The notes beneath the pieces are model-generated. The model saw nothing but the letters and a program-made list of their open reading frames with translations. It was not told the origin of the DNA and ran no database searches. The position numbers and the translations under genes are program-made. Below, piece after piece: positions 41,801-49,984 of a stretch of DNA of 58,870 bases. How positions within the stretch are numbered: the stretch's first letter is position 1; each line of letters begins with the position of its first letter. Source of the stretch: Acutalibacteraceae bacterium (GTDB lineage Bacteria > Bacteroidota > Bacteroidia > Bacteroidales > Bacteroidaceae); assembly GCA_963645405.1 (NCBI GenBank), contig CAVISR010000001.1:1-58870 (forward strand), written 5' to 3'.

Positions 41801-42079
41801 GACGAGATGGGCAACTCGCGTTTCTCAGACCGTTGGATTGAGAACGGCTCATACTTGAAGTTGAAGAATGTAACCCTTAGCTATAAGCTCCCAGTATCCA
41901 ACACATACATCCAGGGACTTACCATTTGGGCAGCAGGAAACAACTTGCTTACATTCACTAAGTACTTGGGCTCAGACCCAGAAGTGTCTTGTGGCAATTC
42001 ATCATTGGTTCAGGGAATCGATGCAGGCTACACTCCTTTTGGTCGCAGTATAACTCTCGGTGTTAAGATTAACTTGTAA
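38813..42079 (+). CDS. SusC/RagA-family TonB-dependent outer-membrane transporter (pair 2)
   Basis: The ATG at 38813 is preferred over the TTG at 38804. It has a signal peptide, a Lys/Glu-rich linker, a carboxypeptidase-regulatory-like domain (ISGKIVDASTGEPLAGVKV) and a plug (IKIMKNGTAIYGSQAANGVILITTKR). It ends in ...GVKINL. Confidence 0.92.
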   Translation: MKTYFNNNMLRFCKAGIATMIFCVGVLPMSAQDEEETQAIEEAPVKKKVKKPIKKYPMMEISGKIVDASTGEPLAGVKVKSYNNSFYTAMTDEEGNYKISVPTFVTSLSATLEGYNLGQVAINDRSQGVDFKLYTDRYLGIYTDKTSASKVVSTSGFGEDGAFTADQEIQNRLGGDVHTASRSGIIGNGVNMFIDGFHSINASSQPLVVIDGVIHDQLYNSTMMHNGYFNNQLTSLSMDDIADIKIMKNGTAIYGSQAANGVILITTKRNTTMKTTIDVNISGGFEFVPSTPDMMNADEYRSYASALLKNTNSKLENFKFLQTDPNYYYYNMYHNNTDWKDVVYREAFSQNYGINIQGGDEVANYNLSVGYMSAKSTLKRNDIDRFHIRFNSDIILSDKLTTRFDVSYSNLKRDLRDDGLTSTFQANAVSSPNVLALLKSPFVAPYDFATNGVMSHFVSDADDYLDEAVGSSASLANPLGLLENAEALNKNRTDNTNVNIAITPVWHIKTNMTLQERFSYTTNSFDENYYTSIVGMPRYYIQDIGVVENEVGSNFSTHKALMSDTRFDWAIPLGKHRLDAFAGVRYMSDNYKASNLYAYSTGNDKTPSLGNATGKRRVVGTDETWKSLSWYGNLDYNYREKYYLQGSFALQSSSRFGDEADAGVKMFGVRWGFFPSIQGTWVISNEKWFNSSKLVNMLKVNAGFESVGNDSYDNNAAYTYMSSNAFLLNKVVGIGITNIGNAKLRWETTNRFNAGLEGNFFNNRLNAKLNYFYAKTNNLVTLGTIAYVSGQKQYWTNDGAMKNQGFDVALTGKVVDEKNFKFELAASLGHYKNEVTQLPENVGSMESEYYNATLLTKVGSPLSVFYGYKTNGVFSTTEQAEAADLGILDDAGNKVNFKAGDMIFVDKNGDKIIDENDRYIIGDPNPDIYGNIRATFMFGKNWTLGVNFNYSVGNDVYNYQRSILEGGNAFLNQTTAMNRRWIAEGQSTDIPQAVYNDEMGNSRFSDRWIENGSYLKLKNVTLSYKLPVSNTYIQGLTIWAAGNNLLTFTKYLGSDPEVSCGNSSLVQGIDAGYTPFGRSITLGVKINL

Positions 42080-42094
42080 ACAATCTCAAATTGT

Positions 42095-42116
42095 CCCTCC
42101 TCTTTCGGGAGGAGGG
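42095..42116 (+). other. GC-rich hairpin capped by a UUCG tetraloop in the susC2-susD2 spacer
   Basis: CCCTCCTCT at 42095-42103 pairs with GGGAGGAGGG at 42107-42116 (8 Watson-Crick pairs plus 1 G-U) around the loop TTCG at 42104-42107. No U tract follows. Confidence 0.6.
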
Positions 42117-42138
42117 CATGATAACAAAACAAATATAT

Positions 42139-44196
42139 ATGAAAACAAAATCAATCATATTGTCAGGCTTGCTCCTTGCGTCACTTGGAGCTGCCACTAC
42201 TTCATGCGATGATATGCTTAATGTTGACGACGAGTTGCATACAACCAATCTTGCACCTCAGGATACAGTATATCAGGTGATGGGTATTCTCAATCGCATG
42301 CAGAGTCTGGTTGACCGTACTGTGTTGCTTGGTGAACTTCGTGCTGACCTCGTTGACCTCAACGAGGCTGTTGCGAGTACATCACTCCAGGAAATCATGG
42401 ATAACAATATATCAACCGACAACGAATACAACTCTATCTCTGACTACTATTCAGTGATAAATGCTTGTAACGTTTACCTTGCATACGTTGACTCAAACTA
42501 TGTTGAGCACAACAGAAAGAAGTATGAGAAGGAAATCCAGGCAGTGAAGACCTATAGAGCTTGGACATATCTTGAAATGGCAAAGGTCTACGGACGTGTT
42601 CCTTTCGTTACTGAGCCGGTACTTACTTCTGTAGAGGCAGACAAGATTGTAGCTTCAACTACCAATCGTGCCGACATGAATGAAATCTGTACTTATTTCA
42701 TCAACGAACTGCTCCCTTATGTGCAGAAGTCTAGTCCTGTTAGTGTACCAAACTATGGCGTAGATGGTTATCGCAGCCAGACTTTCTTCATTCCTGTTCG
42801 TCTGATGGTAGCAGAGCTCTATCTTTGGAGAGGTAACTATACTCATAATACATCCGATTTCACAAATGCCTGCACGTATTATTTTGACTATATAAATACA
42901 GTCAATAACGTTGTTACAACAGGAACAGCGAGCGTAAAGTGGAATAATAACACTATGCGTCATTCTTCAGACTCTTACTCGACGAATTTCACAACTGCAG
43001 ACACCATCACTATCATCCCAATGGATACATGTGCGTATGATGGAACATGGAGTCAACTCTATGCAATGTTCAATTCACAGTATGAGAACAATTACTATGT
43101 GCCTATCGTTCCGTCACAGCGTATCCGTGAAATCTCTGGTGCGCAGATCAACTGTGTTTATTCAGAGATAAACAATCAGCGTGATACAACGTATAGCACA
43201 TCAAAGATTGAATGGGAAGACTCAATGAAGATGGGTGACCTTCGTCTTGATGCTATCTACAACCGTTCAGCTGTGAGCAACATGTATACTTCTCAGTACA
43301 GTCAGGACCGTCAGCACATCATGAAGTACGCAAAAAGTTCTTCAAACTATGGCTCTGACCAGAAGCTGAAGTCTTACACAGTATATCGTAAGAATATTGT
43401 TTGGCTGCACTTTGCAGAGGCACTTAACCGTGCTGGTTTCCCTCAGACAGCATTCGCTATTCTGAAGTATGGCTTGACCCAGGAAAACATGTCTAATTAT
43501 GTGTCAGAAGCCGAACGTACCAATCTCAGAAAGATTCCTTCTTATATAAAAGGAAATATCTCAAGTTGGGATTATGATGATTTTGTAACAATACATTCAT
43601 CCAATTACGACAGAACGAGCAAACTTGCCAATACTATTGGTATACACTCACGTGGATCCGGTGATTCTGAATACAACAAGTACTATGCATTGTCAAACGA
43701 TACAGCTGTATGGAATCCTGTAGAACGACTTGAGTATGTAAAGGATTCCTTGGCAGACCTTGCAACTCTTGCACGTTCTGAAGGTGTGTACACTGAGGAT
43801 ACAACTTATGTAGTGTATGATAGCTTGGGCAATGCCATGACAGTATCCTCTTACCATTATGAATTTGAATCGGATTCATTGCGTGAGGCTTACATAGAAG
43901 CAAATATTGCTGCAGTTAACGCCGAGACTGCTTGGAAAGAAGCAGATATCGCAGCTTATCAGTCGTGCCTTCCAGGATGGCAGGAAGAAGTTGCCCAGAA
44001 GATTCTTGACGAGGAAGCTCTTGAAGGTGCGTTTGAGGGACAGCGTTTCTACGACCTGATGCGTTTCGCAATGTACACAGGCGATGCCGACTATATTGCA
44101 AAGCAGGTTATCAAGCGCAAGGGCTCAGACACAACTGACCCTCGTGGTGAAACTCTCCGTGGAGGTAACTGGTATCTGCCACTGCCTACTAAGTAA
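42139..44196 (+). CDS. SusD/RagB-family lipoprotein (pair 2)
   Basis: The ATG at 42139 begins MKTKSIILSGLLLASLGAATTSC, with a lipobox. The C-terminal motif EEALEGAFEGQRFYDLMRFA is SusD-like. Confidence 0.88.
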   Translation: MKTKSIILSGLLLASLGAATTSCDDMLNVDDELHTTNLAPQDTVYQVMGILNRMQSLVDRTVLLGELRADLVDLNEAVASTSLQEIMDNNISTDNEYNSISDYYSVINACNVYLAYVDSNYVEHNRKKYEKEIQAVKTYRAWTYLEMAKVYGRVPFVTEPVLTSVEADKIVASTTNRADMNEICTYFINELLPYVQKSSPVSVPNYGVDGYRSQTFFIPVRLMVAELYLWRGNYTHNTSDFTNACTYYFDYINTVNNVVTTGTASVKWNNNTMRHSSDSYSTNFTTADTITIIPMDTCAYDGTWSQLYAMFNSQYENNYYVPIVPSQRIREISGAQINCVYSEINNQRDTTYSTSKIEWEDSMKMGDLRLDAIYNRSAVSNMYTSQYSQDRQHIMKYAKSSSNYGSDQKLKSYTVYRKNIVWLHFAEALNRAGFPQTAFAILKYGLTQENMSNYVSEAERTNLRKIPSYIKGNISSWDYDDFVTIHSSNYDRTSKLANTIGIHSRGSGDSEYNKYYALSNDTAVWNPVERLEYVKDSLADLATLARSEGVYTEDTTYVVYDSLGNAMTVSSYHYEFESDSLREAYIEANIAAVNAETAWKEADIAAYQSCLPGWQEEVAQKILDEEALEGAFEGQRFYDLMRFAMYTGDADYIAKQVIKRKGSDTTDPRGETLRGGNWYLPLPTK

Positions 44197-44227
44197 GGAT
44201 TGGGTGATACTGATTATCTGACTGTAT

Positions 44228-44265
44228 GGGAGAGGGGCGCTTGTCGTCCCTCTCTTTCTGTTTTA
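44228..44265 (+). terminator. Rho-independent terminator after susD2
   Basis: GGGAGAGGG at 44228-44236 pairs with CCCTCTCTT at 44248-44256, with inner pairs C38-G46 and G39-C45. TCTGTTTT follows. Confidence 0.6.
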
Positions 44266-44368
44266 TGGCCGGTTCTTCAGAAATTCGTCATGTGTGCAAT
44301 CCCGTGTATTGCAAACGAAGGTTTCTCCTTCAAAAAGGCATCCGCCATTTATTTTCTTAGCTATTTAT

Positions 44369-44399
44369 TTTGTCAACTGAATGAAATGATGTAATTTTG
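44369..44399 (+). promoter_or_regulatory. Promoter of the leu operon: -33 TTTG, 19-nt spacer, -7 TAATTTTG
   Basis: TTTG at 44369-44372 and TAATTTTG at 44392-44399. Confidence 0.6.
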
Positions 44400-44426
44400 C
44401 AGTCGATATCATAGAGGGTATATATT

Positions 44427-44501
44427 ATGAAGTCTATTGGCATTATCAACATTATTCTATCACTACGACTTAGTAAGCTCGGGGTGAGAGAGGCTGTGTG
44501 A
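44427..44501 (+). CDS. Candidate leu-operon leader peptide (24 aa, 5 Ile and 4 Leu)
   Basis: Translated by hand: MKSIGIINIILSLRLSKLGVREAV. GAGGG lies 8 nt upstream of the ATG. The ORF sits between the promoter and the attenuator terminator. Confidence 0.45.
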   Translation: MKSIGIINIILSLRLSKLGVREAV

Positions 44502-44545
44502 TAAATTGAGATGTTTTCAAGACATTCATGTAGAGATAAATTAAG

Positions 44546-44583
44546 CCTTTCTTGCTCCGAGCGAGAGAGGTTTTTGTTTTTTG
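44546..44583 (+). terminator. Intrinsic terminator (attenuator) in the leu leader
   Basis: CCTTTCTTGC at 44546-44555 pairs with GCGAGAGAGG at 44561-44570 (10 bp, 2 G-U) around a 5-nt loop. TTTTTGTTTTTTG follows. It lies about 175 nt before the leuA ATG. Confidence 0.65.
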
Positions 44584-44757
44584 TATGGCAATGTTTCGAG
44601 TGTTGTGTATAAGGACTCCGGGCGCTGCGTATAAGGACATTGAACGGACGATTGTTGGATTGATTATAAGAAGGCAATTGCTGGATACATTATTATAATA
44701 CGATTGGATAGAACATTGGAATACGATAGGTTAGATTATTAAAATACGAAATATACG

Positions 44758-46257
44758 ATGGAACGATTATTTATTTTTGACACTACATTGAGGGACGGTG
44801 AACAAGTTCCCGGATGCCAGTTGAACACTATTGAGAAGATTCAGGTGGCAAAGCAGCTTGAGTTGCTCGGTGTAGATGTTATTGAGGCTGGATTCCCGAT
44901 ATCAAGCCCGGGTGATTACAACTCTGTCATTGAAATCTCAAAGGCAGTTACGTGGCCTACCATCTGTGCGCTGACACGTGCAGTGGAGAAGGATATCGAT
45001 GTGGCAGTGGAGTCACTCCAATATGCAAAGAGAAAGAGAATCCACACAGGAATCGGTACGAGTGATTACCATATCAAGTACAAGTTCAACAGCAATAGAG
45101 AGGAGATTATCGAACGTGCTGTGGCTGCAGTTAAGTACGCCCGTCGTTTCGTGGACGACGTTGAGTTCTATGCCGAGGATGCAGGACGTACCGACAATGA
45201 GTACCTTGCCCGCGTGATTGAGGCTGTTACAAAAGCAGGAGCCACAGTGTGCAACATCCCCGACACCACAGGCTTCCGCATACCTGAGGAGTATCAGGAG
45301 AAGATAAAGTACTTGTACGACCATGTCGATGCATTTGCTGCAGGCAAGTCAATCCTGTCCACCCACTGTCATAATGACCTCGGAATGGCGACAGCCAATA
45401 CTGTTGCTGGAGTGATGGGCGGTGCACGCCAAGTGGAAGTCACCATCAACGGAATTGGCGAGCGTGCCGGAAACACTTCCCTTGAGGAGATTGCCATGAT
45501 ATTCAAGACCCATCCCGACCTTGGAATCGAGACAAACATCAATACGACCAAGATATTCCCTACGAGCCGCATGGTGTCAAGCCTCATGAACATGCCTGTC
45601 CAGCCCAATAAGGCGATTGTCGGTCGCAATGCCTTTGCCCATTCATCGGGAATCCATCAGGATGGCGTGCTGAAGAATGCGTCAACCTATGAAATCATGG
45701 ACCCGAAGGATGTGGGAATCGATGATGCATCAATCGTGCTCACTGCGCGCTCAGGCCGTGCTGCATTGAAGTACAGACTCCATATCAATGGCGTGGATGT
45801 GAGCGATGAGAAACTCGACAAGGTATATCAGGACTTCTTGGTTCTTGCCGACAAGAAGAAAGAGGTTACGGATGACGACATCCTTGTACTTGCAGGCGCC
45901 GACCGTTCTGCTGCCCATAACATCCAGCTCGATTACCTCCAGGTGACAACAGGCAAGGGCGTCCGCTCAGTGGCAAGCATCGGTTTGCAGATTGCAAAGG
46001 AACACTTCGAGGCAGCTGCATCAGGCAACGGACCTGTCGATGCTGCTATCAAGGCATTGAAGAGCATTGTCAAGCGTGAGATGACCCTGAGGGAATTCAC
46101 CATACAGGCAATATCCAAAGGCTCCGACGACCTTGGCAAGGTACACATGCAGGTTGAGTACAATGGACATGTATACTATGGATTCGGTGCAAACACCGAT
46201 ATAGTGACAGCTTCCGTTGAGGCATATATCGACTGTATCAATAAGTTCAAGGACTAA
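44758..46257 (+). CDS. leuA: 2-isopropylmalate synthase
   Basis: 499 aa, [22 protein letters not shown]...[13 protein letters not shown]..., with a C-terminal LeuA-dimer-type domain. Confidence 0.93.
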   Translation: MERLFIFDTTLRDGEQVPGCQLNTIEKIQVAKQLELLGVDVIEAGFPISSPGDYNSVIEISKAVTWPTICALTRAVEKDIDVAVESLQYAKRKRIHTGIGTSDYHIKYKFNSNREEIIERAVAAVKYARRFVDDVEFYAEDAGRTDNEYLARVIEAVTKAGATVCNIPDTTGFRIPEEYQEKIKYLYDHVDAFAAGKSILSTHCHNDLGMATANTVAGVMGGARQVEVTINGIGERAGNTSLEEIAMIFKTHPDLGIETNINTTKIFPTSRMVSSLMNMPVQPNKAIVGRNAFAHSSGIHQDGVLKNASTYEIMDPKDVGIDDASIVLTARSGRAALKYRLHINGVDVSDEKLDKVYQDFLVLADKKKEVTDDDILVLAGADRSAAHNIQLDYLQVTTGKGVRSVASIGLQIAKEHFEAAASGNGPVDAAIKALKSIVKREMTLREFTIQAISKGSDDLGKVHMQVEYNGHVYYGFGANTDIVTASVEAYIDCINKFKD

Positions 46258-46261
46258 GCTG

Positions 46262-46348
46262 CAGTGGCGCGACAGAGATTACAACAGCAACAGTGACGCA
46301 ACAGAGTGCACAACAGCAACAGTGGCTCGACAGAGAATAAGTATAGAA
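46262..46348. repeat. Three tandem 29-bp units in the leuA-leuC spacer
   Basis: CAGTGGCGCGACAGAGATTACAACAGCAA at 46262-46290, CAGTGACGCAACAGAGTGCACAACAGCAA at 46291-46319, and a degenerate third unit at 46320-46348. Confidence 0.8.
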
Positions 46349-46369
46349 ACAACATTATAGGTAAGACAG

Positions 46370-47758
46370 ATGAATACATTATTTGATAAGATTTGGGACG
46401 CACACGTAGTGCAGAAGGTGGAAGATGGCCCCACCCAATTATATATAGACCGCCTGTATGCCCATGAGGTAACCAGTCCCCAGGCATTCGACACATTGCG
46501 CGACAAGGGACTGAAAGTCTTTCGTCCCGACCATGTCGTGGCAATGCCCGACCACAACACACCAAGCGACCAGCAGGACCATATCGATGACCCGATAGGA
46601 CGCAAGCAGGTGGAAACTTTGAAGAAGAACTGCGAAGAGTTCGGCATCAAGCACTTTGCCATGGGAACCAAGGACAACGGCATCATCCATGTTGTCGGAC
46701 CCGAGAAGGCATTGTCATTGCCGGGCATGACCATCGTGTGTGGTGATTCCCACACAAGCACCCACGGAGCAGTCGGAGCAATCGCAATGGGTATCGGTAC
46801 GTCCGAGGTTGCCGAGGTATTGGCAAGCCAGTGCATCCTGCAGTCCAAGCCAAAGACCATGAGGATAAATATCGAAGGCAAGCTCCATCCTGGAGTCACT
46901 GCCAAGGACGTGGCACTCTACATCATGTCGCAGATGACCACCTCAGGCGCTACTGGCTATGCAGTGGAATATGCAGGTAGTGTGGTCCGTGACATGAGCA
47001 TGGAAGGACGTCTCACACTTTCCAACCTCTCCATTGAGATGGGAAGCCGGGCTGGTATAATCGCTCCCGACGAGACCACCTTTGCTTACCTCAAGGGCCG
47101 TGAATATGCACCTAAGGGTGCTGACTGGGACAAGGCAGTGGAGGAATGGAAGAAGTTGAAGAGCGACGACGATGCCGTGTTCGACAAGGAAGTGACTTAC
47201 AGCGCTGACGACATAGCTCCACGCATCACCTACGGAACCAATCCTGGAGCAGGAATTGCCATCGACGGTTGCATCCCTGCACTTGAGGATATCCCGGAGG
47301 CAAAGCGTCCGCAGTTCCTCGGAATGCTTGAATACATGCAGTTCACTCCCGGGCAGAAACTGGAGGGGACACCTGTCGACTATTGCTTCCTTGGTGCATG
47401 CACCAACGGACGTATCGAGGACTTCCGTGCCTTTGCCAGTGTGGTCAAGGGCAAGAAGAAAGCCGACAATGTGGTTGCATGGATAGTTCCGGGCAGTTGG
47501 CTCGTTCGCCAGCAGATTATCGACGAGGGAATCGACAAGATTCTTGAGGAGGCTGGCTTCGAACTGCGTTTGCCTTCATGCTCGTCTTGTCTTGCAATGA
47601 ACCCCGACAAGGTGCCGGCAGGCAAACTGAGCATATCCACGAGCAACCGTAACTTCGTGGGACGTCAGGGACCGGGTGCACGCACCGTACTGGCTTCACC
47701 GTTGGTTGTGGCAGCCAGTGCCATCACAGGTAAGATAACAGATCCAAGAAAACTCTAA
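46370..47758 (+). CDS. leuC: 3-isopropylmalate dehydratase large subunit
   Basis: 462 aa, aconitase family ([12 protein letters not shown]..., [18 protein letters not shown]). Confidence 0.95.
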   Translation: MNTLFDKIWDAHVVQKVEDGPTQLYIDRLYAHEVTSPQAFDTLRDKGLKVFRPDHVVAMPDHNTPSDQQDHIDDPIGRKQVETLKKNCEEFGIKHFAMGTKDNGIIHVVGPEKALSLPGMTIVCGDSHTSTHGAVGAIAMGIGTSEVAEVLASQCILQSKPKTMRINIEGKLHPGVTAKDVALYIMSQMTTSGATGYAVEYAGSVVRDMSMEGRLTLSNLSIEMGSRAGIIAPDETTFAYLKGREYAPKGADWDKAVEEWKKLKSDDDAVFDKEVTYSADDIAPRITYGTNPGAGIAIDGCIPALEDIPEAKRPQFLGMLEYMQFTPGQKLEGTPVDYCFLGACTNGRIEDFRAFASVVKGKKKADNVVAWIVPGSWLVRQQIIDEGIDKILEEAGFELRLPSCSSCLAMNPDKVPAGKLSISTSNRNFVGRQGPGARTVLASPLVVAASAITGKITDPRKL

Positions 47759-47768
47759 TTCAAAAGAC

Positions 47769-48398
47769 ATGGCTAAGCAGAAATTCAATATAATTCAGTC
47801 GACTTGTATTCCCATAGCGATTGACAATTGCAATACAGATTTGATTATTCCGGCAAGATACCTTGCCAGTACAACCCGCGACCCCAAGTTCTTTGGCGAT
47901 GCGTTCATGCACGACCTCCGTTATGACGCCCAGGGAAACAAGGTCGGGGACTTCGTGATGAACAAGCCCGAATACAGTGAGGCACCCCGTCTTGGCGTGC
48001 ACGAAATCATTGTGGGCGGACAGAACTGGGGCTCAGGCTCGAGCCGTGAACATGCGGCATGGGCTATTGCCGGCTACGGAGTGCGCGTGGTCATTTCGTC
48101 CAGCTTTGCCGACATCCACCGCAACAACTTGCTCAATTGCTTCGTGCTTCCAGTGGTAGTCAGCCCGGAGTTCCAGAAAGAACTCTTTGCCAGCATCGCG
48201 GCAAATCCACAGGCAGAAGTCAAGGTAGATGTGCCCAACCAGACAGTGACCAACCTGGCTACCGGACACAGCGAGACATTCGAGATAAACTCCTACAAGA
48301 AGTATTGTCTGATGAATGCGTTTGATGATATCGACTTCTTGCTGGAGAATAAAGACAAGATAGAGGCTTACGAACAGAAGCAATGTCAGAAAAGATAA
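47769..48398 (+). CDS. leuD: 3-isopropylmalate dehydratase small subunit
   Basis: 209 aa (GGQNWGSGSSREHAAWAI), directly after leuC. Confidence 0.93.
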   Translation: MAKQKFNIIQSTCIPIAIDNCNTDLIIPARYLASTTRDPKFFGDAFMHDLRYDAQGNKVGDFVMNKPEYSEAPRLGVHEIIVGGQNWGSGSSREHAAWAIAGYGVRVVISSSFADIHRNNLLNCFVLPVVVSPEFQKELFASIAANPQAEVKVDVPNQTVTNLATGHSETFEINSYKKYCLMNAFDDIDFLLENKDKIEAYEQKQCQKR

Positions 48399-49909
48399 TT
48401 GAAATAATGGATACGACACTCCGCGACGGTGAACAGACCAACGGAGTGTCTTTCGTACCCCACGAGAAACTCATTGTGGCACGCATGCTGCTTCAGGACC
48501 TGAAAGTCGACCGCATTGAAGTGGCATCTGCACGCGTGTCGGATGGCGAGAAGGAAGCTGTCACCAGTATATGCAAGTGGGCACTCTCGGCAGGATTGCT
48601 CGACCGGGTGGAAGTCCTTGGCTTCGTCGACGGCAAGCTGTCGCTCGACTGGATAAACGACTGCGGATGCAAGGTCATCAACCTGCTTTGCAAGGGAAGC
48701 GAGAAACATTGCACCTACCAGCTGAAGAAGACACTCGACCAGCATCTCTCCGACATCAAGCACTCCATCGAGTATGCCCATCAGCTTGGCATAGGAGTCA
48801 ACGTGTATCTCGAGGACTGGAGCAACGGCATGAAGGACAGTCCCGACTATGTGTTCAAGTTCGTTGACGCACTGAAGGACTGTGGCATCCGCCGGTTCAT
48901 GCTGCCCGACACCTTGGGTGTGCTCAATCCGTTGACCACCCAGAAGTACATGCACCAGATGCTTGAATGGTTTCCGTCCCTCCACTTCGACTTCCATGCA
49001 CACAACGACTATGACTTGGCAACAGCCAATGTGATGTATGCAGTGCTTGAAGGATGTACGGGTGTACACACGTCAATCAACGGACTTGGTGAGCGTGCAG
49101 GCAACGCACCGTTGAGCAGCGTGCAGGCAATATTGGCAGACCAGCTTGGCATTGCCACCAACATACAGGAGGAGAAGCTCAATGAGGCAGGCAGGCTTAT
49201 CGAGAGCTACTCAGGCATTGCCGTTCCGTCGAACATGCCAATCATCGGCGAGAATGTGTTCACCCAGGTTGCAGGCGTTCATGCCGACGGCGACAACAAG
49301 AACAATCTCTACTGCAACGGACTCATCCCCGAACGGTTCGGACGCAAACGCGAATATGCGTTGGGCAAGAACAGCGGCAAGGCAAACATACTTCAGAACC
49401 TGAAGGAACTCGGACTCGAACTGACACCCGAGCAGACACGACGTGTCACCGACCGCATCATCGAGCTTGGCGACAAGAAACAGCTCGTGACCCAGGAGGA
49501 ACTTCCTTACATAGTGAATGATGTGCTGAAGCACACAACGCTCGACGAGAAGATAAAGCTGCTCAGCTACATGGTCAGCACAGCCTATGGACTGAAGCCT
49601 ATGGCAAGTGTGAAGCTCGAAGTCAATGGCGAGGTCTACGAGGAATCGGCAATGGGCGACGGTATGTACGATGCGTTTGTACGTTCCGTCCGTCACATCT
49701 ATCGCGACAAGCTCCACCGCAAGTTCCCTTGGCTCACCAACTATGTGGTACGCATACCGCCAGGCGGACGCACCGATGCCTTGGTACAGACCACCATCTC
49801 GTGGATCTACAACGACAAGACTTACCGTACCCATGCGCTTGATGCAGACCAGACAGATGCGGCCATCAAGGCAACCATCAAGATGCTCAACCTCATAAAT
49901 GAGGAGTAA
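48383..49909 (+). CDS. Second isopropylmalate/citramalate synthase family enzyme, probably (R)-citramalate synthase
   Basis: 508 aa, [17 protein letters not shown]...HAHNDYDLATAN..., with a C-terminal regulatory domain. It overlaps leuD by 16 nt. The CimA assignment is an inference. Confidence 0.8.
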   Translation: MSEKIIEIMDTTLRDGEQTNGVSFVPHEKLIVARMLLQDLKVDRIEVASARVSDGEKEAVTSICKWALSAGLLDRVEVLGFVDGKLSLDWINDCGCKVINLLCKGSEKHCTYQLKKTLDQHLSDIKHSIEYAHQLGIGVNVYLEDWSNGMKDSPDYVFKFVDALKDCGIRRFMLPDTLGVLNPLTTQKYMHQMLEWFPSLHFDFHAHNDYDLATANVMYAVLEGCTGVHTSINGLGERAGNAPLSSVQAILADQLGIATNIQEEKLNEAGRLIESYSGIAVPSNMPIIGENVFTQVAGVHADGDNKNNLYCNGLIPERFGRKREYALGKNSGKANILQNLKELGLELTPEQTRRVTDRIIELGDKKQLVTQEELPYIVNDVLKHTTLDEKIKLLSYMVSTAYGLKPMASVKLEVNGEVYEESAMGDGMYDAFVRSVRHIYRDKLHRKFPWLTNYVVRIPPGGRTDALVQTTISWIYNDKTYRTHALDADQTDAAIKATIKMLNLINEE

Positions 49910-49984
49910 GCGTGCAGTTGCCGGCAGACAATGAGAATAAGAACAACGAAAGGACAAAGAACATATTAAAAACAAAACACAGAT

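Noticed and set aside
6646-42138. N-terminal extensions proposed by the ORF track (rpsG 6646, rpmC 14012, rplF 16486, map 19987, cotH-like 24953, susD1 33090, susC2 38804, susD2 42091; also 56193)
   Set aside because: The extensions begin at TTG, GTG or distant ATG codons. They overlap the upstream gene or a hairpin, and they precede the canonical N-terminus or signal peptide. Internal ATGs give the conserved protein starts.
24956-44196. The SusC/SusD locus as a horizontally acquired mobile island
   Set aside because: There is no integrase, transposase, mobilisation gene, flanking tRNA or bracketing direct repeats. The flanks are core operons with their own terminators and promoters. I cannot compute composition here, so acquisition is not excluded, but nothing supports it.
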